Assembly: GCF_020829625.1 (NCBI RefSeq)
Contig: NZ_JAIVFX010000034.1
Location: 37,633-69,632, forward strand
Reading direction: 5' to 3'
From: Nostoc sp. XA010
Lineage (GTDB): Bacteria > Cyanobacteriota > Cyanobacteriia > Cyanobacteriales > Nostocaceae
DNA length: 32,000 nt
Shown: positions 9,013-14,107 of the stretch, in pieces
Layout of the letters: every line of letters begins with the position of its first letter
Position numbering within the stretch: the first letter of the stretch is position 1
Notes under the pieces: generated by a model
What the model saw: only the letters and a program-made list of their open reading frames with translations
Told to the model about the DNA's origin: nothing
Database searches by the model: none
Translations under genes and position numbers: made by a program

Positions 9013-9016
9013 ACTC

Positions 9017-10618
9017 ATGGCTCGTACTCCTACATTAAATTTTGATCGCGGCACATTAATTTTGCATCCACCACCACGCGGCAAAGGTTGGATGGATTAT
9101 GCTACATGGGATGATAGAGTTGAAAAATTCCGCATTCCCGCAATTAGATACCGATCGCTAGTGGAAGCACTACAAGCGGAAGATGTAAATTTTATCGATG
9201 AGGCCAAGCAATTTTATCCTGTAGATTTGGTTCCCAGTCTGGAAATGGAACCCTATCCCCACCAAACTGAAGCGCTAGCAGCTTGGAAACTGGCGGGTAG
9301 ACAAGGGGTTGTTGTGCTTCCCACGGCGGCGGGAAAGACTTATTTGGCGCAAATGGCGATGCAGTCAACACCGCGCACGACGCTAATTGTCGTGCCAACT
9401 TTAGATTTAATGCATCAGTGGTATGCACACTTAGTAGCGGCTTTCCCCGATGCTGAGGTGGGATTGCTGGGAGGTGGTTCGCGGGATAGAACAGCTATTC
9501 TCGTTGCAACTTATGATAGTGCAGCAATTCACGCTGAGACGTTGGGAAATCAATATGGTTTGATTGTTTTTGATGAATGTCATCATTTACCCACAGATTT
9601 TAATCGGGTGATTGCTGAATATGCGATCGCACCTTATCGCCTAGGACTCTCCGCTACACCAGAACGCACCGATGGTAAACACGCTGAGTTAAATATCCTC
9701 ATTGGTCAAGAAGTATATCGCAAACGCGCCGAAGATTTGGCGGGGAAGGCGTTAGCAGAGCATGAAATTGTTCAAATTAAGGTAAAGTTATCGCAACTTG
9801 AACGGGAAAGATACAATCAGTTAATTCAAACCCGCAATGACTTTTTGAAGCAATCAAAGATTTCTTTGGGGAGTCTTCAAGGTTGGCAAATGTTCGTGCA
9901 AATGAGCGCGCGATCGCAATCTGGACGTAGGGCGATGTTAGCGCATCGAGAAGCGAAAGATATCGCTTTGGGTACTGATGGTAAATTGCGAATTCTAATT
10001 GATTTATTGGCAGAACATTATCCAGCAAGAATTTTGATTTTTACTGCTGATAATACGACGGTTTATCGCATTTCTCAAGAGTTGCTAATTCCGGCAATTA
10101 CTCATCAAACTCCTGTGAAAGAACGGCATGAGATATTAACAAAGTTTCGAGAGGGTAAATATAATACTTTGGTTGCTTCTCATGTGTTGAATGAAGGAGT
10201 TGATGTGCCGGCGGCTTCTGTAGCGATTATTTTATCGGGAACGGGTTCGGCTAGAGAGTATACTCAGCGATTGGGTAGGATTTTACGGAAGGGGAATATT
10301 GAGAATAAGCAGGCGATTTTGTATGAAGTGGTGGCGGAGGATACGAGTGAGGAGGGGACTTCGGCTAGGCGGAGAGGGGAGAGGATAAGAGGACAAGGGG
10401 ACAAGGAGACAAGGGGACAAGGGGAGAAGAAAGGGAAGTTACAGGTTGTGTATGGGAGTGGGAAGGAAAGGAGTTTGAAGGCTGCGGAACAGTTAGAGAT
10501 TAATTATTCAATCCAAAATCCAAAATCTAAAATCCAAAATTCAGCAGATGTTACCGACAGATTTACTGATGCATCGCCAAAACGGAGAGGAGATCATTCC
10601 GAAGAGACTGAAGATTGA
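9017..10618 (+). CDS. xpb: XPB/Rad25-like SF2 DNA helicase (DEAD/DEAH box helicase family) with a repeat-derived C-terminal tail
   Basis: ATG 9017 (MARTPTLNFDRGTLILHPPP) is preferred because the 16 codons from the track start at 8969 are the heptamer repeat. Motifs are LPTAAGKT (Walker A), FDECHH (DExH), GLSATPERTDG (XPB RED-like region) and QRLGRILR (motif VI). The DUF790 partner lies immediately downstream. Confidence 0.85.
   Translation: MARTPTLNFDRGTLILHPPPRGKGWMDYATWDDRVEKFRIPAIRYRSLVEALQAEDVNFIDEAKQFYPVDLVPSLEMEPYPHQTEALAAWKLAGRQGVVVLPTAAGKTYLAQMAMQSTPRTTLIVVPTLDLMHQWYAHLVAAFPDAEVGLLGGGSRDRTAILVATYDSAAIHAETLGNQYGLIVFDECHHLPTDFNRVIAEYAIAPYRLGLSATPERTDGKHAELNILIGQEVYRKRAEDLAGKALAEHEIVQIKVKLSQLERERYNQLIQTRNDFLKQSKISLGSLQGWQMFVQMSARSQSGRRAMLAHREAKDIALGTDGKLRILIDLLAEHYPARILIFTADNTTVYRISQELLIPAITHQTPVKERHEILTKFREGKYNTLVASHVLNEGVDVPAASVAIILSGTGSAREYTQRLGRILRKGNIENKQAILYEVVAEDTSEEGTSARRRGERIRGQGDKETRGQGEKKGKLQVVYGSGKERSLKAAEQLEINYSIQNPKSKIQNSADVTDRFTDASPKRRGDHSEETED
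10391..10425. repeat. STRR-type heptamer array (GGGGACA/AGGGGAC) inside the helicase 3' tail
   Basis: GGACAAGGGGACAAGGAGACAAGGGGACAAGGGGA is translated as RGQGDKETRGQGE. Confidence 0.8.
10510..10541. repeat. STRR-type heptamer array (AAAATCC) inside the helicase 3' tail, just upstream of the DUF790 start
   Basis: AATCCAAAATCCAAAATCTAAAATCCAAAATT is translated as IQNPKSKIQNS. Confidence 0.8.
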
Positions 10619-11762
10619 TCGGGGAACTTCGGAGTTGGCGATTGAGTTAATTAATTATTTTCAATCAGCAGTGGGGAAGACTCAAGGTGTGCTTGAGCGG
10701 CAACTGACTGATTTTGAAGGAGATTCTACAGATTATCGGGTGAAGCGAGGGTTAGCTTATATTCTCAAAAGCAGTTTTTGCACTTTTGAGGTGGTTAGTC
10801 CTTTAGAACCACAAATGTTAAGAGAACGGGTGTTTTCGTTGGCTGCAAAATCGGTTTCTAGTCGAGAATCAACACAAGTTACTTTGAGTAAAGTTGCTGA
10901 TGAGTTAACTCAAGAACTTGAGCGGGAAGTTTTATTAGAACAGGTTCGGAATGGACTGTATGCTGATTTAGCTGAAAATAAAATTTTGACTGTTTTTGAT
11001 GCACCAACAGCGCCAGATGTGTTAAATAGATATAACTTATCTCAGGTACAGGGTGTATTTTATAAAGCCAGTCAACTTGTATTAAATGCTCATCGGAATG
11101 TTCCGGGTGAATATAAGCTGTTATTTCGCTATTTGAAGTTGTTTCAATTAATGGCTTATATTGAAGGTGATGCTGACCACGGGTTTACAATTACCATTGA
11201 TGGCCCAACGAGTTTGTTTAATCCTAGTACACGATATGGGTTAGCGATCGCTAAACTTATTCCGGCTTTACTTCACGTTACTAAATGGAGTCTTTCGTCC
11301 ATTCTCCAAACCCGTGACGCTTATACAAATAGTTGGAAAACTGGACGTTTCACTCTCAATTCAGAATGTGGTTTGGTATCCCACTATCCACCAGGCAAGC
11401 CCTACGATAGTATGCTAGAAGCATCCTTTGCTGATAAGTGGGATGCGTTAAAAAGTGGTTGGGCGTTAGAGCGAGAAGTTGATTTGATACCGATTCCCGG
11501 TAGTGTGATGATTCCCGATTTTCGCTTAGTTCATGCTGATGGACGCACCTTTTTGTTAGAAATTGTTGGTTATTGGCGACCAGAATATTTACAAAAGAAG
11601 TTTTCTCAAGTGCGGCGGGCTGGACGTGATGACTTAATTTTGGCAATTTCCGAACGACTTAATTTAGAAAAGGCGGGAGTAAAATTAGATGATGTCCCCG
11701 CCAGAATTGTTTGGTTTAAAGATAAGTTGTTGCCGAAAGCTGTGTTAGCTGTAATGGATTGA
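10548..11762 (+). CDS. DUF790 family protein (Bax1-like endonuclease partner of XPB)
   Basis: 404-aa ORF whose N-terminus MLPTDLLMHRQNGEEIIPKRL has the typical DUF790 pattern. The C-terminal nuclease-like segment is IPDFRLVH...LLEIVGYWRPEYLQKK. It follows the XPB-like helicase directly and overlaps it by 71 nt. Confidence 0.75.
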   Translation: MLPTDLLMHRQNGEEIIPKRLKIDRGTSELAIELINYFQSAVGKTQGVLERQLTDFEGDSTDYRVKRGLAYILKSSFCTFEVVSPLEPQMLRERVFSLAAKSVSSRESTQVTLSKVADELTQELEREVLLEQVRNGLYADLAENKILTVFDAPTAPDVLNRYNLSQVQGVFYKASQLVLNAHRNVPGEYKLLFRYLKLFQLMAYIEGDADHGFTITIDGPTSLFNPSTRYGLAIAKLIPALLHVTKWSLSSILQTRDAYTNSWKTGRFTLNSECGLVSHYPPGKPYDSMLEASFADKWDALKSGWALEREVDLIPIPGSVMIPDFRLVHADGRTFLLEIVGYWRPEYLQKKFSQVRRAGRDDLILAISERLNLEKAGVKLDDVPARIVWFKDKLLPKAVLAVMD

Positions 11763-11777
11763 TTAAGGAGGAATGAG

Positions 11778-12020
11778 ATGAAAAGTATAGAAACAATTGC
11801 CACAGTTAGCAAAGATGGTAAGATTACGGCGCAGTTACCATTGGATATTCCAGAGGGTGAACATCAAGTGGTAATAGTAATTGATGAAAAGCCTTTGGCT
11901 GAGGAAGCAGAGAGGAAAGAAAAGCGTCCTCCTCTAAACTTTCCTGTGCATAATTATGGGCCTTGGCCTGAAAATCTTTCTTTAAGACGTGAGGATATGT
12001 ATGGTGATTGGGGGCGGTAA
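11778..12020 (+). CDS. Type II antitoxin (VapB-like), partner of the PIN toxin
   Basis: 80-aa ORF with GGAGGA upstream. The N-terminal beta-rich segment IETIATVSKDGKITAQLPLDIPEGEHQVVIVIDE and the C-terminal ...LSLRREDMYGDWGR tail are typical of cyanobacterial antitoxins. It overlaps the PIN gene by 20 nt. Confidence 0.65.
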   Translation: MKSIETIATVSKDGKITAQLPLDIPEGEHQVVIVIDEKPLAEEAERKEKRPPLNFPVHNYGPWPENLSLRREDMYGDWGR

Positions 12021-12453
12021 TCCTGTTTTTCTAGACACAAATATCCTGGTGTACGCTAGTCAGATTAAGTCTCCATTTCACCAAGCTGCTATGGAGGCTA
12101 TCCAAGATTTTTATGATGCAGGGGTTGACTTGTGGATTAGCCGACAAGTGTTGCGGGAATATTTGGCTACCCTTACCCGTCCGCAACAATTTGCCAACCT
12201 ACTACCCATTGCAATAGTAATTCAGGATCTCCGCTATTTCTATAACCGCTTTCGGGTGGCTGAAGATAGTTCTCAGGTGACAGAAAGGTTACTGACACTC
12301 ATGGAGGAAATTCCTAGCGGTGGGAAGCAAGTTCATGATGCAAATATTGTCGCTACGATGCTAGTTTATGGTATTCCTCAGTTACTTACTCACAATACAA
12401 GTGATTTTGCAAGATTTTCTGGGTTAATTACTGTCTTGCCATTACAAGGTTAG
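12001..12453 (+). CDS. vapC: PIN-domain toxin (VapC family ribonuclease)
   Basis: The N-terminal VFLDTNILVYA provides the first PIN acidic residue, and HDANIVATM and THNTSDF follow later. ATG 12001 is preferred over the GTG at 11989. The gene is translationally coupled to the upstream antitoxin. Confidence 0.8.
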   Translation: MVIGGGNPVFLDTNILVYASQIKSPFHQAAMEAIQDFYDAGVDLWISRQVLREYLATLTRPQQFANLLPIAIVIQDLRYFYNRFRVAEDSSQVTERLLTLMEEIPSGGKQVHDANIVATMLVYGIPQLLTHNTSDFARFSGLITVLPLQG

Positions 12454-12532
12454 ATTGCTTGTTATTACTACTCGTGAAAATTTACTTCACGTTAAGAAAT
12501 GCAGTCTTTCGGTAATTATGCAATTCTACTGA

Positions 12533-13222
12533 TTAACCCCAAACACTTCTGCGTTCCCAATATTCAGCAACTCTTTTTTCCCACTGCTCCCAGTAATCTT
12601 TAATAACTGCTGATTCAAACCAAAATACCTCTGCTGGCATTTCTGGAATCGCTACTACCAAAAGAGCGTGCTTTAGCTGAATACCATAATCTCGATAATA
12701 CTCATTAGCTGCTCCTATGTACGCGGTAAGTTGCAGTGGATGTTCATATAAATGCTCAATTGAGCCTTTGGGTTTGTCTGCTGTTTTCCACTCACAAATA
12801 CAGGGAATACCTTGATAGCTGGCAATACAATCAACTTTGCCAGAATAACCCAAATCATGATGAAAAACAGAGCCTTCTACAAGTCTAACTGTGTCGATTT
12901 CTTGTAAAACTGGCTGAATACTCTCCCAATAGGGGCGACTCGCTTCGGGGCAAACTGGGTTTTGTCCAAGAAGGTAGCGCTCAATTTGTTTGTGTGTTTG
13001 GGTTCCCCGACGGCTAGCAGTTGTAGTAATGCGGGTAGCTTCTTCTGTACCAACACGCGTTTTCCAGTTTAATAATCTGTCTCTGTCTGCTTGTGATTTG
13101 GTGGCATTAAGTATTGTAGTCACGCTGGGAAAGCGATTTCCTTTGGCATCTACATAATATTGTTTACCATTTTCTCTTTTGGCTGTGGCATTAATTCGAG
13201 GTAGCAGTTGGGTATCATGCAT
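12533..13222 (-). CDS. PD-(D/E)XK (RecB/Cas4-like) nuclease family protein
   Basis: The 229-aa ORF has FPSVTTILN...RRGTQTHKQIERYL (N-terminal helix motif) and GYSGKVDCIASYQGIPCICEWKT (D...ExK core). Confidence 0.6.
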   Translation of the reverse strand: MHDTQLLPRINATAKRENGKQYYVDAKGNRFPSVTTILNATKSQADRDRLLNWKTRVGTEEATRITTTASRRGTQTHKQIERYLLGQNPVCPEASRPYWESIQPVLQEIDTVRLVEGSVFHHDLGYSGKVDCIASYQGIPCICEWKTADKPKGSIEHLYEHPLQLTAYIGAANEYYRDYGIQLKHALLVVAIPEMPAEVFWFESAVIKDYWEQWEKRVAEYWERRSVWG

Positions 13223-13345
13223 CAGTTGGTATGTTGATTTTGAGATTCCCTCAAGAAGGAAAGTGAATAAAACCCTATTTCATTGTAAGGAATGGAGCTA
13301 ATCTGGAAGTTTTGTGTTCTGAGGTTGAATGATGAAATTGTAAAG

Positions 13346-13376
13346 GCGTCACCCAACAGCCCGTCGGAGACATGGC
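13346..13376. repeat. Degenerate copy of the 29-bp small dispersed repeat
   Basis: GCGTCACCCAACAGCCCGTCGGAGACATGGC shares the core AGCCCGTCGGAGACAT.GC with the other copies. Confidence 0.45.
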
Positions 13377-13427
13377 TTACCTAAAAACTACTAAACTCAA
13401 GTAAGTCTGAGATATTGCATCTGTTGC

Positions 13428-13552
13428 ATTACCCGCCATAGGTTAGAAACCTATGGCTAATAGCTAAAGTCTTCTAAAGAAGACTGAGAATGGGTTTTAG
13501 TCCACTTGAGTGGAGTTGGGCTATTAGCCTTGCAATTGATTGCAAGGCGGGA
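13428..13552. mobile_element. MITE-like multi-hairpin element with terminal inverted repeats
   Basis: The ends CCCGCC and GGCGGG are inverted repeats. Internal hairpins are CCATAGGTT-AGAA-ACCTATGG, AGTCTTCT-AAA-GAAGACT, TCCACT-TGAGTGGA and CCTTGCAAT-TG-ATTGCAAGG. GGCTAATAGC and GCTATTAGCC are also inverted. Related copies lie at 25400-25522 and 4368-4435 (partial). Confidence 0.6.
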
Positions 13553-13612
13553 TATGGAGTTAACTGCTAAATATCTGTGATATATTTCCGAAATAGACAG
13601 AGCTACTAAATT

Positions 13613-14032
13613 ATGGAACCTGTAACATTAACAGCTGTTGCAACTGCGATCGCTACTATAGTTTTAACTAAAGCCCTAGAAAAAACTGGCGAAAAGCTTG
13701 GAGAAGCTGCATTAGACAAAAGTCGTGAGTTAATCGAACAGCTACATAATAAAAATAAATTGCCCTTGCTAGCGGATGCGACACAGCAGCCATTAGATTA
13801 TGGCAAAGCAGTCTTGGAGTTGAAAGCAGCAGCAGACGCAGATACCGAAATTGCTCAATCAGTGCGGGAAGTCGAAGCAGCCGCAAATGCTGATCCCCAA
13901 GCGCCGAAAGTCCAGGCGCTAGCGAATGACCTAAATTCGCAACCAGCAGGCGTTATCAATTCTACAAAGTTAGCTGACTCTATTAAAAACGTCTTTCAGG
14001 GAAATACTTTCACTGGTACTAATAACTTCTGA
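13613..14032 (+). CDS. 139-aa N-terminal module of the NLR-like locus: hydrophobic head, helical region and an N/Q/G/T/F-rich tail; candidate effector domain
   Basis: The ORF reads MEPVTLTAVATAIATIVLTKALEKTGEKLGEAALDK...INSTKLADSIKNVFQGNTFTGTNNF*. It is in the same reading frame as the NB-ARC/TPR ORF and separated from it by a single TGA (14030-14032). Confidence 0.6.
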   Translation: MEPVTLTAVATAIATIVLTKALEKTGEKLGEAALDKSRELIEQLHNKNKLPLLADATQQPLDYGKAVLELKAAADADTEIAQSVREVEAAANADPQAPKVQALANDLNSQPAGVINSTKLADSIKNVFQGNTFTGTNNF

Positions 14033-14107
14033 CTACAGTCGCCCGAACAGGAACGGGTAAAGTTAAATCCCTCTACTGAAACACCACAAAATTTACCTCT
14101 GAGTGGG

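Noticed and set aside
8884-9084. 66-aa minus-strand ORF, and the 8969 start of the helicase ORF
   Set aside because: Both are translations of the CCCAATG heptamer array (MPNPQSPMPNPQ and its reverse-strand counterpart HWGLGMGDWGLGIGHWAL). The helicase homology begins at the ATG at 9017.
14030-14107. The in-frame UGA as a selenocysteine codon
   Set aside because: Only a weak 4-5 bp stem (GCCCG-AACAGGAA-CGGGT) follows the UGA, and nothing resembles a bacterial SECIS element. A Sec residue in an inter-domain linker has no functional rationale. Leaky termination, mutation or a split gene are more plausible.
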